A stretch of DNA of 64,000 nucleotides from Octopus vulgaris. Its lineage: Eukaryota. The stretch spans positions 201,872,001-201,936,000 of the forward strand of contig OX597815.1 of NCBI GenBank assembly GCA_951406725.2. The letters run 5' to 3'. This document shows, in pieces, positions 42,111 through 54,326 of this stretch (within the stretch, counting starts at the first letter, position 1; every line of letters starts with the position of its first letter). Below the pieces are notes generated by a model, which was not told where the DNA came from, did not search any database, and worked only from the letters and a program-made list of their open reading frames with translations. The translations under genes and the position numbers were made by a program.

Positions 42111-44320
42111 AGTTTGCTTCTGCGCATGTGCGAGTCAGTGTTGTGTTTGGCACTGAAGCGGTGAAGACGTGCTTTTGAAGCCGTCTTAAATTGAAAATTT
42201 TTGAAGCCCCATTGTAAGGTAATATTCTATTTTCTGGGTCCAGTGGGAGTTTTTGTTGAAAATTGTTTTTTACAGGCAGGAAGTCCTACTGGATTCAGAA
42301 TTCTGATTCTGCCGACATGGGGCAAATATATTTTTCTCGCTGAATTGTGAGAATTTTTGGGGGCGTATTCGTCTTCGATAATTGAGTGAATATTTTTCTC
42401 ACCTAATTATGAGAATTGTATTGTGCTGTGAAGAACTTTAAGAATTGTGAGAACTGTTATATAGGGGAGTGTTTTGCCTCCGAAGTTTGAACAATTTTTA
42501 CCAATTTTACACCAATTTTTGTGGAAGTTGTGTTCCAGTTGCGGCGTTCCGGGTTCAATTTAGGCCGGGAGTACCGAATGGCCAGAAGGTTTTTGCTGTG
42601 TTATTGACTTTCTTTTTAACTTTATTTGACTTTCTCCTTTTTTGTTCATTGTGACTTTCTTCTGATTTCTTTTTCTTCTCGCTTTTTAAGTTTTATTTTG
42701 AATATATTTAAAAAAAGAAAAAAAAACATGGCAATGAAAAATGACAAAGTTTTGGAATGGGAGATCATACCGCCTAAAAAGGGATTTAAAAGACCGTGAA
42801 GATAGGACGGTGGTGTTGAGAACCTACTCCAAGGCACTCGACACCATCGCCCTGTTCGAAAAGAAGTCAATTGAAAAGGAGTTGGAAGAGTATTTGCCAA
42901 CAATTAAATTCATTTCTAGGGGTGTCAAATATGGAACGGTGTGGTTGCTATTTGACACCCCTGAAGAAGCTTGCAAATTTGCTAGTGGAGGGTAAGGAAA
43001 TTTATTCCTGCCCACGTACCAAAAAAAGAGACTGACGAAAGCTTGGATTTGCGGGCTGCCACCCGGGATAGAACCCGAGTGGATAGAGGAGACTATCCGC
43101 CGGGGTCTGGGTAGCAGCGAAACTAAGCTCCTTAATGTAAAAATTCTTCCTGCGGCTGCTTGGGTTGGGTCAAAAGCAAGTTTGACCCTTTGGACCCAAT
43201 CAGCCAATCTGGTTCTTCCAGATTTTTTGAAAATGCCCGGGTGCAGGTACCCGGTGATGCTTGAGGGTCGCCCCCCTAAGTGTCATCGGTGCTTGGACTC
43301 CGGCTATATAAAGAAGAACTGTCCCCGGAAACAAAATAGGATCCCGGAACAGTTAAGTGAAACCCCTGTAGAAGAGGGAATGATAACGGCCGAGGAAGCA
43401 GAGGACTCCTCAAACAGAGGCCGAAAGAGGAAGGTGAGCAACAATGGGTGCTCACCAAAGGATACTGGGGATGAGGAGGGAAAGGCGAATCTTCCGGCCA
43501 CGGAGGAGACGCACCCTCCCTCTGTTGAAAAGAAAAAAAGAAAAAGAGGAAGAGAAACGGGACATTACCGGCTGTCGGTGACATAGCACCGGAATGTCCC
43601 GGAACTACGTCGGTTGGGGTTGTGCCACCGACAGGAGAAGAAATACCGTTGGCGGGAACTGTGCTGCCAACGAAAGAATTGAATATCCCGCACCCGAGCA
43701 AAACGAGGTATTGATCCTCTTCCATAGAGGCGGAGAGATTGAAAAGGTGATGGGAAAGCACGACAAGGGAGCACCTTTAGCCTTCACACAGGACCCCGAA
43801 TGGCCTCCGCAGGTAGCTGTGGAGGCCGTGGCGTTCGACGTGACGCTTGGACTGAAGGAGCTCAATGAGGATTATAGCTTGGAACTCGATTACGTTCTGA
43901 GGGAGGCGTTGTGGATGGTGGAGGATGCGGGCACAAGTTATTTCGAGGACGAGTCAAATTGTGATACAACTAGAGGGACCCCGACCTAGAGCTGGCGCAT
44001 TCCTAAGGGAGGTGTAAGCCAGGTCTGGGAGGAGGGGGATTTGTGTATTGTATTTATATATGTAATTATTGAACTATGTTGTTATTAGTAATGGACTGCT
44101 AAGTCCAAAAATTGAAAAAATTGTAAGAAGTTTAATACCTCGTTTTGTGTTTGTTTTTAAAAGAACAATGTTTTAGAGAAGCAGAAGTCGGCGGGCACTT
44201 TTTGTCTTCTCCCATCCCCATCATCTTTCTTTCATTATCATTCAGTTCATTAATGTCCTCGTCTAGCCCGCAAAGCTAACTTACTCTATGTACTGCCTTT
44301 ATTGCAAATGTTATGAAATA
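42111..44320 (+). mobile_element. ORF1-only non-LTR retroposon (HAL1-like, L1/Tx1-type ORF1)
   Basis: 15-bp TSD aagtagcttg(g/t)ttac; 5'UTR about 620 nt; one gag-like ORF; 3'UTR about 330 nt ending in AATAAA; no RT or endonuclease motifs seen. Confidence 0.8.
42728..43989 (+). pseudogene. Disrupted ORF1/gag-like protein (about 420 aa) with CCHC zinc knuckle
   Basis: ATG at 42728; frameshift near 42780; in-frame TAA at 42993; RRM-like ...FLPTYQKKRLTKAWICGLPPGI...; EGRPPKCHRCLDSGYIKKNCP (Cx2Cx4[H>Y]x4C); basic stretch; second frameshift near 43530-43590. Confidence 0.8.
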
Positions 44321-44460
44321 AAGTAGCTTGTTTACCAACCACATGGTCCCGGGTTCAGTCCCACTGCGTGGCACCTTGGGCAAGTGTCTTCTACTATAGC
44401 CTCGGGCCGACCAAAGCCTTGTGAGTGGATTTGGTAGACGGAAACTGAAAGAAGTCCGTC

Positions 44461-44495
<35 letters not shown>

Positions 44496-47400
44496 TGTGT
44501 GTGTTTGTGTGTCTGTGTTTCTCCGCCTAGCATTGCTTGACAACCGATGCTGATGTGTTTATATCCCCGTCACTTAGCGGTTCGGCAAAAGAGCCCGATA
44601 GAATAAGTACTGGGCTTACAAACGAATAAGGCCCGGGGTCGAGTTGCTCGATTAAAAGCGGTGCTCCAGCATGGCCTCAGTCAAATGACTGAAACAAGTG
44701 AAAGAGTACCTTAGGAGAATGAATATACCACAGCATAGCTTGGTTCATCATTGACTCAAATCCTCCACAGCAACGCCTCTATGCACTTGTTGGCTGTGTT
44801 TCATGGAATATTTACAAATCCTGTTTATGTCCCTGCACAGTTATTAAACCAGAAACATGAAGTCCTCTCTGAGTGTGTCACCAAAATTGTTTCTTCATTC
44901 AACTTATCTTTTACCATAGGTCTAATTGTAATTACGAACGAGAATTCACCTTCATTAACATTACAAATCCTTAGCTTTAATATAATGGGCATTTATTTCT
45001 AACATCACTATAACCAGGTGAGCCCTAAATCTCCTCTCACTTCAAGAAGTATCAAATTTTCTTTAGCTTTAGATCTTCATTATCTTTTACAACCCCTTTA
45101 TTACCATTACAGTCTCCTCCTCTTAATTTTGCTAACTATGAGCAGCGTTGGTGGTCACCTAAAGGATGACACTATCTGACATTTTCTATTCTTCATCCCT
45201 TTCTCTAGCCCAACCCATTTCAAAAAGCCACCCCCATTATACTAACTAGTATATATCTACTTTACATCCACTTCACAGTTTGTCCTCCGCACTGTAGCAT
45301 CATATTCCTAGTCAAACTTCATTCAATCTCGATTCAAAAGTAGAACTGGTAACTTCCTCTATTCCTTGCTTTGGTTTATCATTGAATATCATCAGCCACT
45401 GCTGATGTGTTTTACCTATGATTTTATTGTTCATTACGCCGTGGGACTACGTAGGGGTTACCTATTTTAATATGACCCTTCCCCCATTTATAACAAGCTG
45501 GTGCGTACTAATATCCTCGACAGAGGATAGTCCCTCATTTTCACAGCTCTCTGATTTCTTCCGCTCTGTTGACAGTATACAGATAAGTAGACGTTGACTT
45601 AAATTGCGTATTTCGAGTATTTGCATGGAATACAGAATAAAGAATAAAGAAGAAACGTTATATGAAGCCTTTACATAACTTATTGTTTACTTTGTCCTGG
45701 AATCTCAACATTCCATTCCATGTAAGTACTTTAAGCGTACTTGAGCTTATCTGCTTTTCTACATAATATTACGGCAAGTATCGTTCTAATGGCCAGCATT
45801 TCATGTCGGAGTGCTTGCCGTGGCTGAAGAGATTGGAGTTTAAGTTCTCATCCAATTGTGCATTACTTTATGATATCTATACCGAACTTACTTTTTCTGC
45901 ATCTTGGTCGCGTTCATATATATATTTACATTGGATATTTCTAAAAGTATTTGTGTGTAACGTGCGAACGTTCGTGTGTGCCTGTATGTGGTTGTGTATG
46001 CGTGTGTGAGAGTGAAAGAGAAAGAGAGAGAGAGAGAAAGTGAGAGAGTATGTGTATGTATAATAATTAGGAGGAGTGAGAAATATGTCTACAGATGGAC
46101 ATATATTACCAATAAATGTTCGTAAGTTAAAAATATAAATGATAACGTTCTTGAGGTCGCTATCTTATTATTAACGTCATCTCAAAAATACTTGATCAAA
46201 TAGAGTAAAATATAAAGCAAAAGTGAAAATATAAAGACCCTGTTAGGAAATGTTAATAGGGAAACTTAATTGATTGCCATCATTTCTTTATTGCAGTTCT
46301 TTTATTTGGTCTGACTCTTACTTCCTGAACAGTGTCGAAGTGTCTCCGATGAGACCGCTAATTATGTTGTATGTATTGGAGGGAAGTAAATACTGTTGAA
46401 GTTGGATTGCATAATATTCACATATCTCTATATGTGTCTGCTTGCAGTAAGTCCATAATAATGTCAGAACTGTCTCATGAATTACATTATGAATAATTTA
46501 AGTTTGTCGATAATGGCTTATGCAGCGCAGCACGAAACTTTCTAACATAAGAGTATTTATCTGACGCTGTAGGATACATAATAAGTTGATTTGTTCCCAT
46601 TTGACATTTTCCAGATAAAACTTCTAAAGCATTTACATAAAAATACACGCAGACATTTATATATGTTTAACAATAGCAATCGCCTCTTCCAATCTTATTT
46701 ATTTAGAGATACATCTATTTAGATATTATACATCATTGAATATAACGATTTCATTCTACACATTACGTGCATATATAGTTGCTTCTATCCTCCAGAAAAT
46801 ATCATGATTAATGTTTTGGCTGTTATTTATAAGCACCGGTGTGTTTTAGTTACAAAAAGCAACAGAATGTGAATATTCAAAATGTATTAATTAAAAACGT
46901 GTTTGTTTTCTTTGGCATAATTCTGATAGTATTACGCTCCGGCATTAACCTTATTTATTCTGTAGTGTAATACCACCGCTCATGTAATTTCATACATTCA
47001 GTATATACACTAAATTATATTTAGCTGTGGACTGAGATTTATAAGCCTGAGGTTTATTTAATTAATAATATATTGCCTCAGCATTTCTTGACTATCTTTG
47101 ATGTATTTTTTAAATTGCAATCTTTTCGTTCGTGTTGGTATCCTATATGACATAAATATACCAAATATAATGGAAGTATTTGGAAGTTGAGTAATTTAAG
47201 AAATATATATATAGTCCGTCTCCTCTTCGGCCCTAAGGCTATATTTTGTAAATTTATTTCAGTTTGCTTCGTTTGATCACAGCCGTCTTCGTCTCTGTCC
47301 TCATCCGTCCACTAATTTGAATCATATTTATAGCACATTTGTATGTTAACATTCTATATCGCATAGTTGTTTATTTCTCGTCTGTCGGTTCATTTTCTGA

Positions 47401-47823
47401 CCTGATTTAAAAGAAAAAAAATTGGCACGCTAATTTCCGTCGGTTGCAACTAGATAGGTATTCAATATTACCGTTAAGGCGCGAAATTGCGTTTGACACT
47501 CTGATTGATAATTGAGGAAAGGTTGGCTACCATCTGTGTCTGTTTTCAGTTTGTGCATTTATTATATGTTTGACTAATTATTTAATGCGAACGCTACGCT
47601 CTATCATATTTTTTTGTTATTTTTGATAAGTATATATATATATATATATTTGTTGAAATAGAAAGATGAATTTTCTTGTTACAGATTATTCAAAAGTTTA
47701 ACCGATACCTGGGTAGCAAAAATCACAGCAGAAAAAAGCACGGTTGGATATAGGACCATTTGGTGTTGCAACCGTGCGTTGGTGCGGATAATTGAAGTTT
47801 AATTGAAGTTTCTTCCATTCACT

Positions 47824-47912
<89 letters not shown>

Positions 47913-49000
47913 TCTGTGTGTGTGTTTATGTGTGATCAGTGATATTCTGATGTCTCTGTTAAATCGTTTGCGTTTCATTTAAAGCTTTTCAATTTCCATA
48001 TTGAAAATGTTATAGGATATGTTATATGAAAATTTTCACTGGATGTGCAAGTACTTTGAGAGAGTTTTCGGCCGATGACAAGTGATTTTGTATGAAGATT
48101 TTGTATGAAGATTTTTTTACAGATGGAAGGGAGATAAGCAGAGTATTTTACCAAACTGAAAATGCAAAGTAATGTTTCTTTAATGCTAATTCAAAAGATT
48201 TTGATCTAAACAATTTCTTCAGCTGCTCACTAAGGTGAAAATGGGAGCAGGTTTGAAAATTTCTTGAGCGAAGCAGATTTTCCTTTATCCTGCCAGTATG
48301 ACGAATCAACGATAAAATGAAATATTTGACACGAAATGGAACTGTGAATCAATTGTATATTGAACATGTCTGTGAAATATACAAATTGTGAGGGAAACAA
48401 TTATCAACTTGACGAGAACAGATAAGATCAAAGACCAGACGCAGTGACGACATCACTTGAAATATGAAACAAAGTACACAAAACGAAAGTAGATATACAT
48501 ATATATGAAGAACATCTATAAGAAATTACTAGAAAATACGTTCAACAGCGGACAGTGTTAGCTAATGAATACTAATATGGTTGTTGAACTTCATGTGATG
48601 AAAGGATTCTAGCTGAAATCGCATTTGCTACAACCAAATGATACACATACCGTAAATATCAGATTTGAAATAGTGGCGCGAATATTTTGTAAAGTAAGGC
48701 CTATAATGTAAGGAAACAATGAGGAATGTGCAAGGGCGGAATGTTCCACATCATTATATTCAAAGCAACATTGATAAAACAATATATGATCTCAAATTCC
48801 GCATAATTCGATAACTTTACTGTCAGTGATATTAATATTTTTTTAGTGATTTTGTATTTTTTCTCTTCCTTTAAAAATTGCTTCATGCAATATAAGTAAG
48901 AAAATGACTGTCCATACAAAATATTTACCAACTTGTTTTTTTTTTGCTTCTTCTTCTGTTCAGCTTCGTGTCAGTTCATAAAAATGTAAATTATATTTTC

Positions 49001-49225
49001 GAGCTGGCGGACATGTTAGCGCGCCGGGCGAAATGCTTAGTGGTATTTCGTCTGTCGTTACATTCTGGGTTCAAATTCCACCGAGGTCGACTTTGCCTTT
49101 CATCCTTTCGGGGTCGATAAATTAAGTACCAGTTGCGCACTGGGGTCGATGTAATCAACTTAATCCGTTTGTCTGTCCTTGTTTGTCCCCTCCATGTTTA
49201 GCTCCTTGTGGGCAATAAAGAAATA
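49001..49225 (+). mobile_element. Nin-domain tRNA-SINE
   Basis: Same family as 22795; flanking repeat tatattttc. Confidence 0.9.
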
Positions 49226-49777
49226 TATATTTTCATTGTATATTATTTACATCACCTTAGTAGGTAATGCGCTAGATATACTGTGAACACAAGTAAATCT
49301 TAGAAGAAACATACGATATAGAATAATATGTAATAATTAATAAATTTAAATTATGTTTTACCCAAATTCACAATATATTGAATTTGTATATTTAACAAAT
49401 AAATAATGAATAAACAATATAACCAGCCATATTTATATTGTCGACGAAAGAAATCATACTTTTAGATCAACAAACATCAGATATAAATGCTTAAACACAC
49501 GTTACTGATTTTATATAAGTTATCTCAGTAAAAGATTTGTATATTGCTATTTGTTCAAGACCAATATCCATCTACTAAACAGCAATGTTGAAATGTTTTA
49601 TTTTGGCTGCAAGCATGATGTTTGTTACGCAGGTGAAACGTTTATGTTTGTGTAAATGAGATTTTGAGAAATCTTCGAATGATAACTTATCCACAAACGA
49701 GCTTAGCAATTTCACTGTCGTGACGTTTCTTAGAGTCTAAGGTAGAAGTTTCCTTAGCTAAATCTTAACTTTAAGAG

Positions 49778-49929
49778 GCAAAATTGCACTACTAGGCGCT
49801 GCACACATCCTACGCAGAAAATTTTCCATACAATAACCATCAGAGCATCACAACAAATCACAGCACATACCTAAGGCACACAGAGCTGCACTCGGTAGTG
49901 AAGTGAAAGACGCTATAAAAATAGAACTA

Positions 49930-49933
<4 letters not shown>
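49778..49933 (+). mobile_element. 3' end of an R4/Dong-like retrotransposon (family A)
   Basis: QKIALLGAAHILRRKFSIQ* plus 3'UTR running into (TAA)n. Confidence 0.75.
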
Positions 49934-50022
<89 letters not shown>

Positions 50023-50127
50023 AATAATAATAATAATAATAACAATAATTTCAGCGTGGAAGGTGTTTGTAAGCCATTTAAGAAACACACAAAAGCCGTT
50101 CGATTCACTTCAACATTTAAGTTTAAG

Positions 50128-50176
50128 TTGTCAAAATATTTTCGTCGCTACAATCCGCGACCTGTTCACTGACAAA
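50128..50176 (-). ncRNA. Minimal type-I hammerhead ribozyme, G3-C8 variant
   Basis: UUGUCA-GUGAACA-G-GUCGC(GGAUUGUA)GCGAC-GAAA-AUAU-UU-UGACAA. All stems pair and stem III is the palindrome AAUAUU. Confidence 0.75.
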
Positions 50177-50209
50177 AATCCGTGCTATGCGAGTACATCT
50201 CCGTAATAA

Positions 50210-50279
<70 letters not shown>

Positions 50280-50284
50280 AATAA

Positions 50285-50819
50285 ATGCCCTGATGCAGTA
50301 CCAAGCAATGGCTCACATCGTTTCTGATCTTAAGTGATTTGAAGTGTTATCATGTACATTGTTTTGCTACAGCAAATATTCTGCTCAATACCACAGATTT
50401 GCTTGTCAGTTGTGTGACCTTAAACAGTTGACCATCTCCCTTAGTGGCTGAAGATATGCGCATGTCTCATCACGAGCAGAAGTGGTGGGGGAGCATCATA
50501 GCTGTGTGTTGAAAGGAATTCTTGGAGGTTTGGATAATTCACCTTTGGAGACATGGGTGATTCGTTCAACAACCTAAAACTATCCTTATTCAGGGACCTT
50601 TTGAGCGGAATGAGCTACTCGACCCGAAGAAAATTCTAACTGTGCCCCACCTGCAAAGTCATGCGATGTTTATCTTGGTATATGATCACCTTGTCGCGCA
50701 CATATGGTTGTGATGCATGTCCCTGATGTACTCTTATCAGATGGGTAGTCATGATGGGTATTCTGGGCTTCGTATATTTTACCCATGTCACTTTGATTGC
50801 ATGCACTGCTCTCTCACTC

Positions 50820-50820
<1 letters not shown>
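50285..50820. mobile_element. Non-coding element of about 540 bp embedded in (TAA)n
   Basis: Colinear homologue at 53071-53604; both are flanked by (TAA)n; no coding homology recognised. Confidence 0.8.
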
Positions 50821-50865
<45 letters not shown>

Positions 50866-50889
50866 TTAATAATAATAATAATATTACTT

Positions 50890-52545
50890 ACAACTTAACT
50901 TAACAGAACTGAGTATGGATATAAAATTGGTGACAAGAAAATAAGTCAAGTATTTTATATGGCTGACTTAAAAGTCTGTGGCAAAGATGATAATAAGTTT
51001 GAAGCACAACTACGTACTGTGAAAGCATTCAGTGAGGGCATTGGGATGGAATTTGGTCTTGATAAATGTGCGAAGGCTACTTTCCAGGAAAAGAAACTGA
51101 TGACCTCACATTCAATGGAGTTAGGTGTCAGTCATAACTCGACCTAAAAAACCTTACAAATACCTGAGAATAAATGAGGCCTCTGGCATTCAGCATGCAA
51201 TTATGAAAGAGAATATCAGGAAAGAGTGTTACAGGAGATAAATTACTTAGCACTTCCGGTTGTTATTTACAGTTTCAATGTGCTGTACTGGAATATGAGC
51301 GAAGTAAGTATGATTGATACGAAAGTCCGTAATTTGCTGTCTTGCAAATAAGATGCACCACCCAAAGGCAGACACAGATCGTCTTTACCTACCCATTACT
51401 CAAGGAGGTCGAGGCTTGATCCAATTTGAAGTCTACACAACCATCACAATTTCACTGGCAAAATATTCTGAAACATCTAACCGCTCGATGCTAAAGCTCG
51501 TTGAAAATCATGAAAGACGTAAGAAGCTGCATTCTGTTATGAAGGAAGGCAAAATATTTTCAAGTGAGCTTATGCATAATACTCGGGTTGAACAGAATGA
51601 TGGAAGTGCAGCAACTGTTATTGCAAAGAATTTGAAATAGCGAAGCAAAATGCGTTTGAATAATTGCCTGATATGTTGGAACAAAAACCTCAGTATGGCA
51701 AATATGTGGCCCATCGCAAATATGGTGATGTACACCAGAAGCATAGCTATAAGTAGATGCGATGAAATACTGTGTAGACCCAAAATGCCCACACAGTAAC
51801 GATATTATATAAACAGTAGACCACCTAATCTCTGGATGTAAGTTTTTAGCACTTGTAGAGTACAATTCAAGACATGACAGAGTTGGTCAATATCTATACT
51901 GGATAATGTGTCGGCATTATAGAATCAAATCCGCTGACAAATTGTACAAACACTTCACTGAGGCTGTAACTTAGGGAGAAATTGTGACAATCCTTTGGAA
52001 AGTCCCAGTATATACAGACCGGACCATAAAAGCAAACAAACCAGATATTGTTGTGAAAGACCAAAACAAAAACGTCTGTTTATTGATTGACATGAGCATA
52101 CCCTGTGACTACAATATCTCGGCAAAAGAATTTGATGAGCTCAGAAAATATAAAGATTTGCTCATTGAAATCGAAAAGATGTGCCATGTCAAGACGGTTA
52201 AAATACCAGTGATTGTAGGAGCACTTGGAAATGACCAAAAACGGAACTGAAAATTGTTTAAGAATTATTCCTGGTTTACCGTCCATACAAGAATTGCAAA
52301 AGATTGCCTTAAATGGTACGTCACACATACATGGTCGGAGTGAATTTTCTTTTCCTTCTTCCCCTTTATTTTCCGTTTACTTTTTATTTTCTCTCTGTCT
52401 TTCTTCCTCTTTTTGTCTCACACATGACTTTGTAAATGGACAATTTCCTGTGTTTATTTCAACGGCCTACAAATGTATACAGCGCGTTTCTCTGCTCTTG
52501 GTGTCAGGAAGACACTCAGCAAGAAATGGTATCAGAACTGAAAGA
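50890..52545 (+). pseudogene. 5'-truncated R4/Dong-like RT-RLE retrotransposon (family B, old copy)
   Basis: FYMADLK (YMDD), IGMEFGLDKC, HHPKADTDRLY..GGRGL, VDHLISGC, RHDRV, NKPDIVV...LIDMSIP...KYKDL (RLE); stops and frameshifts. Confidence 0.92.
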
Positions 52546-52567
52546 TAATGATAATAATAATATAATG

Positions 52568-52628
<61 letters not shown>

Positions 52629-52639
52629 TGATGATGATG

Positions 52640-52670
<31 letters not shown>

Positions 52671-52694
52671 TAATAATACTAATAATAATAATGA

Positions 52695-53024
52695 TAGCGA
52701 AAGGGACTGATTGCTACCTAACTCAGATACCAGGAAACTCCAAAATGGCAGAAATTCAAAAGATAGTGCTCATGGGAACTGCTCATATCCTACGCAAAAT
52801 ACTCTCTATGTAATCCCAAGGTTTAAAACAAACTTTTTTTTATTTTTATTTTTTATTTTTTATTTTTTTGTTTTTTTTTAATTTTTATGTATTAGACATT
52901 CACTAGTACAACACACAAAAAAACCCCAAATATATGGCACAGAACTTCTAACCTGTTGTCTCTTGAGGTCTCTGGGTGAGACTTGGAGCCAACTTGTACA
53001 GACATAAAGCAAAAGTCAAACGTA

Positions 53025-53026
<2 letters not shown>
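52695..53026 (+). mobile_element. 3' end of an R4/Dong-like retrotransposon (family C)
   Basis: IPGNSKMAEIQKIVLMGTAHILRKILSM* plus 3'UTR between (TAA)n arrays. Confidence 0.85.
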
Positions 53027-53070
<44 letters not shown>

Positions 53071-53074
<4 letters not shown>

Positions 53075-53604
53075 GGCTCTCATGGCTTCTGATCTTAACT
53101 GATTGGAAATGTTATCATGTACATTGTTTGTCTTGGTATAAAAGATGGGCTACAGCAAATATTCTGCTCAATACCACAGATTTGCTTGTCAGTTGTTTGA
53201 CCTTAACCAGTTGAGCATGTCCCTTAGTGGCTGACGATATGTGCATCTCTGATCACGAGCAGAAGTAGTGGGGGAGCATCATAGCCATGTGTTGAGAGGG
53301 ATTCTTTGGGGTTTGAATAGTTCACCTCTGGAAACATGGGTGGTTCTTTCAATATCCTTAAGCAATCCTTATTCAGGGACCGTTTGAGCGGGATGGGCTA
53401 CTCAACCTGAAGAAATTTCTAACTGCGCCCCACCTGCAAGGTCATGTGCTGTTTATCTTGATATGGGATCACCATGTCGCGCACATATGGTTGTCATGCA
53501 TGTGCCTGGGGTAGCTTTATCAGACGGGTAGTCATGATGGGTATATTGGGCTTTGTATATTTTACCCCAGTGTCACTTTGATGGCATGAACTGCTCTCTC
53601 ACTC
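53071..53604. mobile_element. Second copy of the (TAA)n-embedded non-coding element
   Basis: Homologous to 50285-50820. Confidence 0.8.
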
Positions 53605-53668
<64 letters not shown>

Positions 53669-53669
53669 G

Positions 53670-54326
53670 AGCGAAGGTTTCCTCCTGGCTGCTCAAGATC
53701 AAAGCCTATTAACCCGGAACTACCAGGCCAATGTGATGAAAAATGGAGCAGACCCAAAATGCCGATTCTGCAACGACATGATTGAAACAGTGGACCACCT
53801 AATCTCTGGATGTAAAGTCTTAGCACCAGTGGAGTATAAATTAAGACATGACAGAGTTGGCCAATATCTCCACTGGCTAATAAGCCGGCATTACAATATC
53901 AAAACTGCCGACAAGTGGTATAATCACCACCCTGAGGCTGTAACTGAAGGAGAAAATGTAACCATTCTGTGGGACTTTCCAGTACATACAGACCGAACCA
54001 TCAAGGCCAATAAACCAGATATTGTTGTGAAAGACCAAAACAATAAAGTTTGCTTATTGATCGACATGAGCATCCCCTGTGATCATAATATCTCAGCGAA
54101 AGAGTTTGACAAGCTCAGAAAATATAAAGACCTACTCATTGAAATTGAGAAAATGTGGCATCTCAAGGCGGTTACAATACCAGTGATCGTAGGAGCACTA
54201 GGAATGATCAAGAAGGGAACCGAAAATTATATGAGAATGATCCCTGGCTTACCATCCCTGCAAGAAGTGCAAAAGATTGTCTTAACTGGTACATCACACG
54301 TATTGAGAAGAGCATTGTCGATGTGA
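53670..54326 (+). mobile_element. Young 5'-truncated R4/Dong-like copy (family B) with open C-terminal CCHC and restriction-like endonuclease frame; 3'UTR to about 54510
   Basis: SEGFLLAAQDQ...CRFCNDMIETVDHLISGC...RHDRV...KPDIVV...IDMSIP...KYKDL...VLRRALSM*, uninterrupted; flanked by (TAA)n. Confidence 0.95.

Larger units (their letters stand above)
42073..44708 (+). mobile_element. OR2-like SINE split by a 2.2-kb insertion (pieces 42073-42110 and 44321-44708)
   Basis: Head gcgcaggagtggctgtgtggtaagtagcttg resumes at 44321 as aagtagcttgtttaccaaccacatggtcccgggttcagtccc. Confidence 0.92.

Noticed and set aside
42219-42275. Small GT-AG intron in the retroposon 5'UTR
   Set aside because: A sense intron would be lost on retrotransposition, and such motifs are common by chance in T-rich sequence.
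47736-47782. Hairpin gcacggttg...caaccgtgc as a pre-miRNA
   Set aside because: Too short and imperfect, and I recognise no mature miRNA sequence in it.
49848-50308. Poly-N/D/M/L ORFs
   Set aside because: (TAA)n and (GAT)n artefacts.
53733-54326. Domesticated endonuclease gene
   Set aside because: It is the 5'-truncated end of a young retrotransposon copy; the frame begins abruptly at a TAA array.
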